This document shows, one piece after another, positions 9,262 through 19,076 of a stretch of 64,000 bases of DNA. Made by a program: the position numbers and the translations under genes. Position 1 is the first letter of the stretch. Each line of letters starts with the position of its first letter. The notes beneath the pieces are model-generated. The model saw only the letters and a list, made by a program, of their open reading frames with translations. It had not been told where the DNA came from and did not search any database. Origin of the DNA: Nitrososphaerota archaeon (GTDB lineage: Archaea; Thermoproteota; Nitrososphaeria_A; Caldarchaeales; Caldarchaeaceae); the NCBI GenBank assembly GCA_041641305.1, contig JBEPYN010000002.1:192001-256000 (forward strand), written 5' to 3'.

Positions 9262-10533
9262 ATGCCTTCGAGAGCGGCCCCCACCATTATCGTGGTTTTG
9301 CTTGTTGCGGTGGTTGTTTTAGGGCTTGTGACAGAGGGTGTGGAAGCAGTACATTTACGGAGGACTAGAACCGGGACAACGTCTCAAACAACTCGTTCGA
9401 CAACTTCTTCAACTACCTCGACAGCACATACAACCACCTATTCGACAACTATAACCTTTACAACAACTGTAACCCATACGGTAACCTATTCGACGACCAT
9501 AACTTATACAACGATTGAAACATATACAACGGCACCGACGACTGTGACAAGTACAGTAACCTCGACCTCCTCCACGTCTGACTACTCGGACACGTTTCCC
9601 GCCGTTAACCCACAGATACTTGGAAACTGTCCACCGGAAGTGCATGACAGGTATTTTGTAATCGGCCCGGACGGGAGAAAGTACAGGACATGGCATCCTG
9701 TCACTGTTCCGCTGGACCCGAACAACACGGCTAGAGGATACTGCACGTTTGCTCACGAGCATGGCGATAATCCTCTACAGGGTAGCTTCAATGATTTGCC
9801 GCCTTTTGGCTACGCGGCTAAAGTGGCTGGAATGGTGCAAGAGATAGCCGCTCACGCAGGGTTCAAGGTTTTCTATAAGCCGATGTCCGGTGATGGTCTT
9901 GGTAACAACGCAGAGTGGCGCATAGTTGTCCATCAGGGGACGGCTGGTGCGAGGAGGCTCACCGAGTCTTTCCACAGCATACAAATCGACATTGTCGACT
10001 CCGCGGGGAGGGTGACACGGGTTAGTTTGATGGCTCCGACTGGTGATTTGAACCCGAAGTGTGGACCACGTGTAGGTGATAGGATAATTCCCGACGAGGA
10101 ATGTGTGAGGAGGGGGCAGTACTACGAGGTTTGGTACTTCGCTGTCCGTGTAGGAACAGGTGACATCAACGGGGCAAGATTCTTCGCAGCGCCGGGCATA
10201 GGCGTATACAACCCCATGACATACTTTAGGGTAGGGGACCTGTCGAGGGTTTATCCGATATCCAGCGTTGTCGAAGGGCTTCCCATGGGAGACCCCCGAA
10301 GCTTTTTCCTCGGAAACCAGAGAGCTGTTGAGCATCCAGACTTCGGATGGGGCAATCCAGGCCCCTCACGGTTCTGGACAGACGCATACGGCCGAGAAGT
10401 AGCGGGCAACTGTGACGCCACAAGATGCATAATGCAGACAGTTCCCACAGGATACTATGCATGGTTTGACGACGACTCTGTCTTCGACTGGCCTTGGATA
10501 GACCTGCCGCTGGGCGCCCCCGGAGGAAACTAA
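9262..10533 (+). CDS. Secreted/membrane-anchored protein with Thr-rich linker and Cys/His-rich domain (WHP...CTFAHEHGDNP)
   Basis: N-terminal hydrophobic signal, ~70-aa Thr/Ser run, 423-aa ORF. Confidence 0.75.
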   Translation: MPSRAAPTIIVVLLVAVVVLGLVTEGVEAVHLRRTRTGTTSQTTRSTTSSTTSTAHTTTYSTTITFTTTVTHTVTYSTTITYTTIETYTTAPTTVTSTVTSTSSTSDYSDTFPAVNPQILGNCPPEVHDRYFVIGPDGRKYRTWHPVTVPLDPNNTARGYCTFAHEHGDNPLQGSFNDLPPFGYAAKVAGMVQEIAAHAGFKVFYKPMSGDGLGNNAEWRIVVHQGTAGARRLTESFHSIQIDIVDSAGRVTRVSLMAPTGDLNPKCGPRVGDRIIPDEECVRRGQYYEVWYFAVRVGTGDINGARFFAAPGIGVYNPMTYFRVGDLSRVYPISSVVEGLPMGDPRSFFLGNQRAVEHPDFGWGNPGPSRFWTDAYGREVAGNCDATRCIMQTVPTGYYAWFDDDSVFDWPWIDLPLGAPGGN

Positions 10534-10618
10534 ATCGGCCAGCATAGACTGCGGCTTACGCTGGTAAGATGACTTATCCACCCTGTCCACGATGCTGATG
10601 CGAAACATGGATAGAGCC

Positions 10619-10849
10619 CTACAAGCCCTTTGAGCGGTGGAGCGTTTCAAGCCCTGTCTCACCTCTCTTCTTTTTCCGCGCCACGACAACATCCACGTCG
10701 TACCTCTTACTTATCTTCTCGAAAGTTCTTCTATCCTCTCTTGAGAGCCTACCAGAGCCGTATTAGCACTCCTCAAGTGTAGCCTTCCCATCCTTTATGC
10801 ATACGAGGTCGACGGGCTTGCTTCTAGCAGCCCTGATGACAAACAAACC
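10619..10849 (-). pseudogene. Hjc-like Holliday junction resolvase (PD-(D/E)xK) remnant
   Basis: GLFVIRAARSKPVDLVCIKDGKATLEEC*YG...; the catalytic Lys position is TAA (10763-10765) and the N-terminus is missing. Confidence 0.7.
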
Positions 10850-10887
10850 AAATCAAATAAATATCCCTTTTTTCATGTGGATGAGTC

Positions 10888-11865
10888 ATGAAGGTGTACT
10901 ATGACAGCGACATCTCCCTCGAAGTGTTGAAGGGGAAAAAGATAGCGGTCATCGGCTATGGTAGCCAGGGCCGTGCACAGGCTTTGAACATGCGTGACTC
11001 GGGGCTTGACGTGGTTGTAGGCCTCCGTGAAGACGGCACGTCGTGGAAAAAAGCTGTCGAAGATGGTTTCAAGCCTCTGCCGATAGAGGAGGCGGCGAAA
11101 GCCGGCGACGTCATACACATCCTCATACCCGACCCCGAGCAGCCCATGCTCTACAGAGAGAAGATACAAAAGCATCTTTCGGCGGGGAAAACTCTCGGCT
11201 TCTCACACGGCTACAACATCCATTTCCGCCAAATCGTGCCACCATCCAACGTAGATGTGGTGTTGATGGCTCCCAAGTCACCGGGGCCGAGGATGCGTGA
11301 GCTCTATCTTCAGGGCAAGGGTGTGCCAGCTCTCGTCGGAGTGGGGCAGAATTATACGGGGCATGCTCTTGAGACGGCGTTGGCTATGGCGAAGGCGTGT
11401 GGATGTTCACGCGCCGGCGTGATTGAGACCACTTTCAAGGATGAGACGGAGACAGACTTGTTCGGTGAGCAGGCTGTTCTCGTTGGTGGTGTGGTTGAGC
11501 TTATCCGCAACGGTTTCGAGGTCTTGGTCGAGAACGGCTACCCAGCGGAGCTTGCATATTTCGAGGTTTTGAACGAGCTGAAGCTTATCGTCGACCTCAT
11601 CTACCAAGGCGGCATAACCCACATGCTGAAGGCTGTGTCCGACACCGCGAAGTACGGCGGTTTGACTGTGGGGCCCCAGATAGTTGATGACCATGTTAGG
11701 AAAAACATGGAGAAGGCTCTCGCAAGCATAAGGTCGGGCGAGTTTGTTGAAACATGGACAGGGAACCCGCGCAGCTACGAGATTCTCAACGACTTGATGA
11801 AGAAGATGGCGGACCACCAGATTGAGAAGGTTGGCGAAAAAATCAGGAAAATGGCGAACATCTAA
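10888..11865 (+). CDS. ilvC: Ketol-acid reductoisomerase
   Basis: [29 protein letters not shown]. Confidence 0.97.
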   Translation: MKVYYDSDISLEVLKGKKIAVIGYGSQGRAQALNMRDSGLDVVVGLREDGTSWKKAVEDGFKPLPIEEAAKAGDVIHILIPDPEQPMLYREKIQKHLSAGKTLGFSHGYNIHFRQIVPPSNVDVVLMAPKSPGPRMRELYLQGKGVPALVGVGQNYTGHALETALAMAKACGCSRAGVIETTFKDETETDLFGEQAVLVGGVVELIRNGFEVLVENGYPAELAYFEVLNELKLIVDLIYQGGITHMLKAVSDTAKYGGLTVGPQIVDDHVRKNMEKALASIRSGEFVETWTGNPRSYEILNDLMKKMADHQIEKVGEKIRKMANI

Positions 11866-12356
11866 AGGCGTTTAACCCCCTTGTATAGGTAAACCATTTT
11901 TCCCTCTCTTTTTTCAGCCTCAGCGGGCATCAGTCCAGGTATGCTGAAGCCGTGTGAGACTATACGTGCTCCTCTGCTGAGAGCTGTTTCGAGACGGGGT
12001 TTTATGAGGCTGAGCACATCTCTTGTGAGGTAAAGCGTTATGACGTCTGCGTTAGGGAGCGGCACGGCTGTGAAGTCTTGTTTGACGACTTGCACCATTT
12101 CATCCAGCCGCATCAGCTTGGCTTTTCGCCTGATATGGTTGACTAAACGGGGCCGCAGCTCATAGCCTATGGCCCTTGCACCATATTCTTCGGCGGCCGT
12201 GAAAAGTATCCGGCCGTCGCCGCATCCGAGGTCTAGAACAGTCTCCCCCTCATCGACATCAGCCAGGTCAAGCATCCTCCTGACAACCGGATACGGTGTT
12301 GGGACGAAGGGGACGGGTTTTCTCAACACCCATCCCATCCCGCCTTCATTCGACAA
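11862..12356 (-). CDS. Class I SAM-dependent methyltransferase (protein-lysine MTase-like)
   Basis: PFVPTP...LDLGCGDGR motif. Confidence 0.8.
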   Translation of the reverse strand: MSNEGGMGWVLRKPVPFVPTPYPVVRRMLDLADVDEGETVLDLGCGDGRILFTAAEEYGARAIGYELRPRLVNHIRRKAKLMRLDEMVQVVKQDFTAVPLPNADVITLYLTRDVLSLIKPRLETALSRGARIVSHGFSIPGLMPAEAEKREGKMVYLYKGVKRL

Positions 12357-12978
12357 TTATCCCGCGTGGTTTTGGTTTGAGATACTCGGGCATACGGGCC
12401 TCGTATTCGGCTATTTTGTCGACGTATTTTTCGAGGGTGAGCTGGATGTCGTCGAGGCCTTTTACGAGTCTTTCGCGTATGTGTGGCTCGATGTTGAAGT
12501 GTATGGTTTCTCCCTCGGCTTCTATGGTTTGGGTGCTGAGGTCTACGGCGAGAGTGAGCGGGCCTGTTTTGGCCTTGTTCCGCAGCTTCGTCACAGTTTC
12601 GTCGGGTAGCCTGATGCAGACGAGGCCGTTTTTGCTTGCGTTGGTGTAGAAGATGTCGCCGAAGCTTGAGGCGATGACGCATCTTATTCCAAAGTCTGTC
12701 AAGGCCCAGACAGCGTTTTCACGCGAGGAGCCGATGCCGAAGTTCCTTCCCGCCACAAGTATCCTGGCATCCCTGTACTCGGGCCTGTCGAGGACAAAGT
12801 CTCCCCTCAGCCTACCTGACTCGTCATAGCGCCATCGGTAGAACAGGTATTTGCCGAGACCTTTTCTCTCAATGACTTTCAGAAACTCGGCGGGGATAAT
12901 CTGGTCGGTGTCCACGTCGTCGGCCTCAAGCGGAGCCGCTTTACCAACCACACGGACAACAGGCTCAGGCATAACCAA
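12346..12978 (-). CDS. leuD: 3-isopropylmalate dehydratase small subunit
   Basis: DVDTDQIIP, NFGIGSSRE, SFGDIFY.N. Confidence 0.95.
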   Translation of the reverse strand: MVMPEPVVRVVGKAAPLEADDVDTDQIIPAEFLKVIERKGLGKYLFYRWRYDESGRLRGDFVLDRPEYRDARILVAGRNFGIGSSRENAVWALTDFGIRCVIASSFGDIFYTNASKNGLVCIRLPDETVTKLRNKAKTGPLTLAVDLSTQTIEAEGETIHFNIEPHIRERLVKGLDDIQLTLEKYVDKIAEYEARMPEYLKPKPRGIIVE

Positions 12979-13019
12979 TTCAACGACCGAATGATGATTA
13001 ATAAGTTTGAGCTATGGTT

Positions 13020-13910
13020 CTAAGAGAGCGCGGTATAGACCTCGATTGCCAGCTCCTCGGCCAATTTTCTGGCGGCATCGGCCACGTAGGGAGACACGAT
13101 AGCCAGCATCGGTTTAACACCCACTTCTCTTTCGTACAGCTGTGCCTTGCGCAGAAGCTCAGCGACATCGCCTCTGCTTATGCTTGATTTAACCTCAACA
13201 AGCAGATGAGTATCATCTTTTATGATTAGGTCTACTTCGACAATAGCGGGTCTGCCGTAGACCAGTCCCTCGTAGTCATACCTCGCCCATTTGTCGACGG
13301 TTCCCCCAAACACCCTCTCCACAATATTCTTCATCGCCTCTCTGAAAGAAGATTCAGCCATAAGTCCCCATCTGGCACCTAGGGCAACCAAAGCTCGGCC
13401 TAGCTCGGCTACCTGACTCTGTAAGGCTTTGATGGCCTTGCCGTGTTCTGCGACCTGTTCCTGTAGGGCTTTGATATCTTTGCTGAGTTCTGCGACCTGT
13501 TCCTGTAGGGCTTTGATATCTTTGCTATGTTCTGCGACTTGTTCTTGTAGAGCTTTGATGGCCTTGCCGTGTTCAGCAACTTGCTCCTGTAGGGCTTTGA
13601 TTGCTTTGCTGAGTTCTGCGACTTGTTCTTGTAGGGCTTTGATTGCTCTGGTGTTTTCCGCTACTTCTTGCTGTAGGGTTTGGATGGCTTTGCTATGCTC
13701 TGTAACCTGTTCCTGTAACGTTTTGATTTCTCTGCTGTGTTGAGCCACCTCCTCTTGAAGGGTTTTGATGGCTGCTGTGTTGTTGTCTATTCTCTCGAGT
13801 ACTTCCTTGAAGCCGATTAGGCCTGCTACCGCGTATCTGAACTCCTGGTCCTCTTTGAGCAGACGGAGGAACTCTTCCTTAATCGACACCGTTATAATCC
13901 GTGACACCAA
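13020..13910 (-). CDS. Coiled-coil repeat protein with C-terminal PD-(D/E)xK domain (DUF3782/DUF1626-like)
   Basis: LKEDQEFRYAVAGLIG N-terminus; LGARWG...E..FRE; EVDLII...LVEVKS. Confidence 0.85.
   Translation of the reverse strand: MVSRIITVSIKEEFLRLLKEDQEFRYAVAGLIGFKEVLERIDNNTAAIKTLQEEVAQHSREIKTLQEQVTEHSKAIQTLQQEVAENTRAIKALQEQVAELSKAIKALQEQVAEHGKAIKALQEQVAEHSKDIKALQEQVAELSKDIKALQEQVAEHGKAIKALQSQVAELGRALVALGARWGLMAESSFREAMKNIVERVFGGTVDKWARYDYEGLVYGRPAIVEVDLIIKDDTHLLVEVKSSISRGDVAELLRKAQLYEREVGVKPMLAIVSPYVADAARKLAEELAIEVYTALS
13410..13770 (-). repeat. 42-bp intragenic tandem repeat (~8 copies, IKALQEQVAEHSK-type 14-aa unit)
   Basis: Repeated ttctgcgacctgttcctgtagggctttgat variants; boundaries approximate. 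Confidence 0.9.
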
Positions 13911-14000
13911 ACCCTATAAACTTGTCTGGGCAGTGTTTTACTGCGGCGGAACTGGTTTTCTGAACTGTTTATAAAAGGGTTTTGTTGTTTTTGTGTAGCC

Positions 14001-17000
14001 ATGATGAATGTGTTGGATGTAGATGATATACTTAGCGGTATCAGGGGAGCTGTTAGCGTGGCGCAGAGTGAGGAGGATGTTAGGCTGCGTGTTTCGGGTA
14101 TTATTGAGGAGAAGATTTTGAAGCTTCTTGGGATTACTCAGGTTGGTAGGTATGAGTATACACTTGTTTCGGGTGTTAGGGTTGATGCGTTGTATGGGCA
14201 TGTTTTGATTGAGTACAAGGCTCCCGGTAAGCTTTCGAGTAGGTCTGATGTGGCTAATGCGAAGGAGCAGTTGATAAGGTATGTTGTGGAGGAGGCGGGT
14301 GTTGAGGATAGGTATAGGAATTTTCTTGGTGTTATTATTAGTGATAGGATTGCTTTTCTGAGGTATAATCCGCGGGCCCCGGGTGATAAGTGGGTTTTGC
14401 GGGGGCCTTATGATATTAACCGTGAGACTGTGGTTAAGCTTGTTGAGGCGTTGCGTGGTCTTCAGAGGAAGAGTCTTGGTGTCGAGTCGCTTGTTAGGGA
14501 TTTTGGGCCTCAGTCGGATGTTGCTAAGAGGATGGTGAAGCTTCTGTATGAGCGGTTGAGGGGTAGCAATTCGGCGAAGGTTAGGGTTCTTTTTGAGGAC
14601 TGGTTTAGGCTTTTCTCTCAGACTACTGGTTACTCGGCGGAGAGGCTTAGGGAGTTGAAGGAGTTGGTTGATAGGTATGGTTTTAAGGGTAAGGTTGATT
14701 ATGATTCGCTGCTTTTCTGTCTCCATACTTATTATGCTTTTGTGATGAAGTTGTTGGCTGCGGAGATTGCTTATTTGTATGGTTCTGGTAAGTGGTTGAA
14801 GTCGTATGTTGGTGAGTTGGAGAACGCGTATCTTCAGGGTGGGGTTGACTCGCTGCGGCAGGTTTTGAGGGAGCTTGAGGAGGGCGGGGTTTTCACCAAG
14901 TTGTTGAATATTGTTAACTTTGTTGAGGGTGATTATTTTTCATGGTATTTGGATGTTTTGGATAAGGATTTGGGGGATGCTGTTGCGGAGGTTGCGAGGA
15001 GGTTGTCGGATTATGAGCCTGCTACTCCTCAGCTTGAGCCTGAGTCTGCTCGTGACTTGTTGAAGCGGTTGTATGAGTCTCTTATTCCGCGTGATGTTCG
15101 TCATAAGCTGGGTGAGTTTTATACGCCTGATTGGTTGGCTGAGCTTGTTTTGGATGAGGTTGGGTTGACGGTTGAGCGGTTTGAGGAGCTTGGTGCTGAG
15201 AATTCTTTGAGGCCTCTTGAGCTGCGTGTTTTGGACCCTGCGTGTGGTTCTGGGACGTTTCTGGTGCTTTATCTGCGTAGGTTGAGGGAGTATGCTGAGG
15301 AGCATTATATGGTGGACCAACTTGTTGATTATGTTTTGCGTAATGTTGTTGGGTTTGATTTAAATCCTTTGGCAGTTTTGGCCGCTCGGACCAATTATCT
15401 GCTGACGATAGGGGATTTGCTGACGCATGCCAAGGGGACTGTTGAGATTCCTGTGTATTTGGCGGATTCTATCATGGTTGAATCTAAGAGTGATCTTCGT
15501 GGTCAGGTTTATGTTTTGAGGTCGGCTGCGGGTGTTTTTGAGATTCCTAAGGCTGTTGTTGATGGTGGTTTTCTTTCGGATGTTTTGAATGATGTTAAGA
15601 TGGCTGTGGCGAATAGGTATACTGTGGGCGAGTTTAAAGGTTTTGTGTGTTCGAAGTATGGGTTTTCTGATGTTGATGTGGATGTTTTGGGGAAGTTGTT
15701 TGATGTGTTTCTTAGGCTGGAGAAGGAGGGGAAGAATCATGTCTGGGTGTCGATTGTGAGGAATGCTTTTGCACCGATTCTGAAGGGGAGGTTTGACTAT
15801 GTGGTCGGTAATCCGCCGTGGGTTGCATGGGAGAATCTACCTGCTGCATATAGGGAGGTAACCTCCGATATCTGGGGGAAATATGGACTTGTTAGCCGTG
15901 GTGCTGGTCGGTTTAAGCGTGATTTGTCTATGTTGTTTCTTGTGAGGTGTTTTGATCTCTATTTACGGGATGGTGGGGTTTTGGGTTTTCTTCTGCCGTT
16001 TACTCTGTTTAAGACGCAGGCGGGGGCGGGGTTTAGAGAGTTTGTAGCCAAGTGGCAGGTTAAGAAGATTCATGATTTGGTTACTCTTTATCCGTTTGAG
16101 GGGGCTGTTAATAGGTCGGCTGCTATCGTGGTGGCCAAAATTAGGGAACATGCGGGACAACATGCCTATCCTCATGTCATTTGGAATACACGTGACAATA
16201 GACCGGTTCCTCCTGATTCTACGTTTGGAGACGTTTTTAGGATGACAGACAGGCATGAAGCGCTTATGGCTCCGTTAATTGAAAATAATCCTGGCTCTCC
16301 GTGGGCCCAATCAACTCCATTAGTAATGGAGGCTATGAGAAAAATCTTGGGGCGTTCAGAATATCGAGCATACGAAGGGGTCTTATTTGCTTTGAATCAG
16401 GTATATTGTGTCAGGATTTTAGAAAAAGATAAAGATGGTTTGCTTCTGATAACCAATCCAGAGGAAAGCGGTCAAAAGAAAACAGTTAAAACTATACACG
16501 CAAAAATAGAGCCAGACCTTGTCTATCCCATTATAAGGGGGCGTGACGTAAAAAGATGGTGCGTAAACTACAAGGGGCTATACACTATCATACCCCACAA
16601 AACTGACGGACAACCAATCTCTCATCATGAGATGAAAAAACGTTTTCCAAAAACTTGGGATTACTTTTATACTTTTTTTAACGAGTTGATAAATAGAAAA
16701 GGAGGATTTTTAGACCAAAAAATGAAGCCTTATAGAACCTTGAAGTTAGAATCAGCTGAGAAAAAAACCGTACCCTTCTATTATGTAATGAACAAAGTTG
16801 ACGCTGCCTTCTCCCCTTACAAGGTTGTCTGGAAGGCCATCTTTGGTGCAATAACGGGAAAAGCTGTTGATTTTGCATGTTCAGTTGTTTTCACAATTAA
16901 AGACACACTTCTAGGAGAACGCCCAGTAATCCCAGAGCATTCACTGATGTTGGTTCCATTAAAATCAAAAGAAGAGGCATATTACCTAGCAGGAGTTTTA

Positions 17001-17630
17001 AACTCAACCCCACTAAAACTAGTTATAGCATCATATACATTCGAGCTGGGCGGATACACACATATATTGGATTTTCTGAGAATCCCAACGTACAACGGAG
17101 CTCCACTACAAAAAACAATCGCGGCAATTAGCGAAAAAGCACACGAAATAACTAAAAAGATTAACGAGAAAAAGCACGACCTTACACATGAACTGAACGA
17201 AATAGAAGAACAGCTGGATAAAGCGGTTGCTGAGCTTTATGGTTTGTCTGATGTAGAGCTTGCGGATATTAAGCGGTTTTTCGCAATCCTCGCCGGCGAA
17301 GAAATCTCCGAGGAAGAGACCGTTGAAGAGGAGGAGGCGGAGCTGAGCATAACTTTCCCCAAAACCGTCCTAACACCCAACCAACCCGAAACAATAACCA
17401 TCCACATTACCAACCCCGACAGCCAACCCCTCACAATAACCCTCAACCTCCCAGACAACCAAACAACAACAATCACCACAAACAACCAAGAACACACAGA
17501 AGACATCCCCATAAACCCCCTCCCACCAGGCACATACACACTCACCTACACCATACAAACAAACAACCAAACAATCAAACAAGACACAGTAGAAATAACC
17601 GTCACACAGCCAAGGAGGTTCAGAACATAA
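14001..17630 (+). CDS. Fused type IIG restriction-modification enzyme (PD-(D/E)xK nuclease + N6-adenine MTase + TRD) with extra C-terminal beta-rich domain
   Basis: RVDALYGHVLIEYK nuclease motif; GEFYTP; DPACGSGTF (motif I); GNPPW (motif IV); 1209 aa. Confidence 0.9.
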   Translation: MMNVLDVDDILSGIRGAVSVAQSEEDVRLRVSGIIEEKILKLLGITQVGRYEYTLVSGVRVDALYGHVLIEYKAPGKLSSRSDVANAKEQLIRYVVEEAGVEDRYRNFLGVIISDRIAFLRYNPRAPGDKWVLRGPYDINRETVVKLVEALRGLQRKSLGVESLVRDFGPQSDVAKRMVKLLYERLRGSNSAKVRVLFEDWFRLFSQTTGYSAERLRELKELVDRYGFKGKVDYDSLLFCLHTYYAFVMKLLAAEIAYLYGSGKWLKSYVGELENAYLQGGVDSLRQVLRELEEGGVFTKLLNIVNFVEGDYFSWYLDVLDKDLGDAVAEVARRLSDYEPATPQLEPESARDLLKRLYESLIPRDVRHKLGEFYTPDWLAELVLDEVGLTVERFEELGAENSLRPLELRVLDPACGSGTFLVLYLRRLREYAEEHYMVDQLVDYVLRNVVGFDLNPLAVLAARTNYLLTIGDLLTHAKGTVEIPVYLADSIMVESKSDLRGQVYVLRSAAGVFEIPKAVVDGGFLSDVLNDVKMAVANRYTVGEFKGFVCSKYGFSDVDVDVLGKLFDVFLRLEKEGKNHVWVSIVRNAFAPILKGRFDYVVGNPPWVAWENLPAAYREVTSDIWGKYGLVSRGAGRFKRDLSMLFLVRCFDLYLRDGGVLGFLLPFTLFKTQAGAGFREFVAKWQVKKIHDLVTLYPFEGAVNRSAAIVVAKIREHAGQHAYPHVIWNTRDNRPVPPDSTFGDVFRMTDRHEALMAPLIENNPGSPWAQSTPLVMEAMRKILGRSEYRAYEGVLFALNQVYCVRILEKDKDGLLLITNPEESGQKKTVKTIHAKIEPDLVYPIIRGRDVKRWCVNYKGLYTIIPHKTDGQPISHHEMKKRFPKTWDYFYTFFNELINRKGGFLDQKMKPYRTLKLESAEKKTVPFYYVMNKVDAAFSPYKVVWKAIFGAITGKAVDFACSVVFTIKDTLLGERPVIPEHSLMLVPLKSKEEAYYLAGVLNSTPLKLVIASYTFELGGYTHILDFLRIPTYNGAPLQKTIAAISEKAHEITKKINEKKHDLTHELNEIEEQLDKAVAELYGLSDVELADIKRFFAILAGEEISEEETVEEEEAELSITFPKTVLTPNQPETITIHITNPDSQPLTITLNLPDNQTTTITTNNQEHTEDIPINPLPPGTYTLTYTIQTNNQTIKQDTVEITVTQPRRFRT

Positions 17631-19076
17631 ATGAGCTCCCACGACCTCTACAGAAAAATCCAAATCTTCCTCGGAGACCTCGCAACAAACAAACACCTCG
17701 CATCAACCAAAGAATACAACATGCTCCCCCGATACGTCGTCGAATACCTCGTCAGCGAATTCATAAAAACACACGGCCCAACAAACTACGCACCAAAACT
17801 ATCCGAATACATCGCAAACCACTACCGAGAAGCACGGGAAAAAGACAAAGTCCTCCACGAAACCATGAACGGAAACACAGTCCACCTCATAGACGAAATC
17901 AAAGTCGAAACAGACGTAACCATAGAAAACTACCGAACACACCTCATGAACCTAGGAATAAAAGACGCCATGATAGCCAAACCAGTAATAGACAGCTACG
18001 AAAACCTCCTCGTCACAGGGATGTGGGGAGAAGCAAAAATCCAATACAACCCCGAAATAGTTCCCCGCAACATAAAAGGCGAACCACTCCTCACGCCCAT
18101 AATCATCACAGAATTCAAACCATTCCAAAGCCCGGTAACAGACCCAACAATCCTAAAAGACGCAAGACAAGCATTCACCTTCGACGAATGGCTCGACACA
18201 CTCATAAACACCATAGGCCTCAACCACGAAAGATACAGCAAACGCCAAAAACTCATCCTACTCTCCCGCCTAACACCACTCGTCGAAAACAACACCCACA
18301 TAATAGAACTCGGCCCAAGAGCAACAGGCAAAACATACCTCTACAGAAACACAACATACTACACAAGAATATTCTCAGGAGGAAACATCTCCCCCGCAGT
18401 CCTCTTCTACCACATAGCAAGACGAAGCCTCGGAGAAATAGCCGTAAAAGACACAGTCATATTCGACGAAATAAGCAAAATCAAATTCAACAACCCCGAC
18501 GAAATGATGGGAAAACTCAAAGACTACATGGAAAGCGGCCACTACGAAAGAGGCCCCAAAAAAGCATACAGCACATGCTCCCTCGTATTCATGGGCAACA
18601 TAACAGTCGAAACAAGAGGAACAGCCTACGCACCCATAGAAGAATTCACATACGTCCTCCCAGAAGCCATGCGAGACAGCGCATTCATAGACAGACTCAA
18701 CGCCATAATCCCCGGCTGGGAACTCCCAAAAATAAGCCACTCAGCCCTCCACCTAAGCAGAGGATACGGAATAGCCAGCGACTACTACGCCGAAGCCCTC
18801 CACGAACTCCGCAAACAAAACTACCAACACATCATACAACAAGAAACACAGCTCATAGGCAACTACACAATAAGAGACGAAAAATCAGTCCTAAAAATAG
18901 CCAGCGCCCTCCTCAAACTCCTCACACCCAACGCCGACAGAGACGGAATAGCCCGCGACGAACTCAAACAAATAATGGACATAGCCGTAGAATACCGCAA
19001 CCAAGTAAGAGAATGGCTACGCATCCTCCAGCCCGGCGAATACCCCAAAGAAAAACTACACTACAAAACATCCTAA
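17631..19076 (+). CDS. brxL: BrxL-like AAA+ ATPase (BREX-associated), lacking the C-terminal Lon protease domain
   Basis: LPRYVVEYL, ELGPRATGKT (Walker A), VIFDEI (Walker B), LKDYMESG, DSAFIDRL..IPGWE; only 481 aa. Confidence 0.85.
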   Translation: MSSHDLYRKIQIFLGDLATNKHLASTKEYNMLPRYVVEYLVSEFIKTHGPTNYAPKLSEYIANHYREAREKDKVLHETMNGNTVHLIDEIKVETDVTIENYRTHLMNLGIKDAMIAKPVIDSYENLLVTGMWGEAKIQYNPEIVPRNIKGEPLLTPIIITEFKPFQSPVTDPTILKDARQAFTFDEWLDTLINTIGLNHERYSKRQKLILLSRLTPLVENNTHIIELGPRATGKTYLYRNTTYYTRIFSGGNISPAVLFYHIARRSLGEIAVKDTVIFDEISKIKFNNPDEMMGKLKDYMESGHYERGPKKAYSTCSLVFMGNITVETRGTAYAPIEEFTYVLPEAMRDSAFIDRLNAIIPGWELPKISHSALHLSRGYGIASDYYAEALHELRKQNYQHIIQQETQLIGNYTIRDEKSVLKIASALLKLLTPNADRDGIARDELKQIMDIAVEYRNQVREWLRILQPGEYPKEKLHYKTS

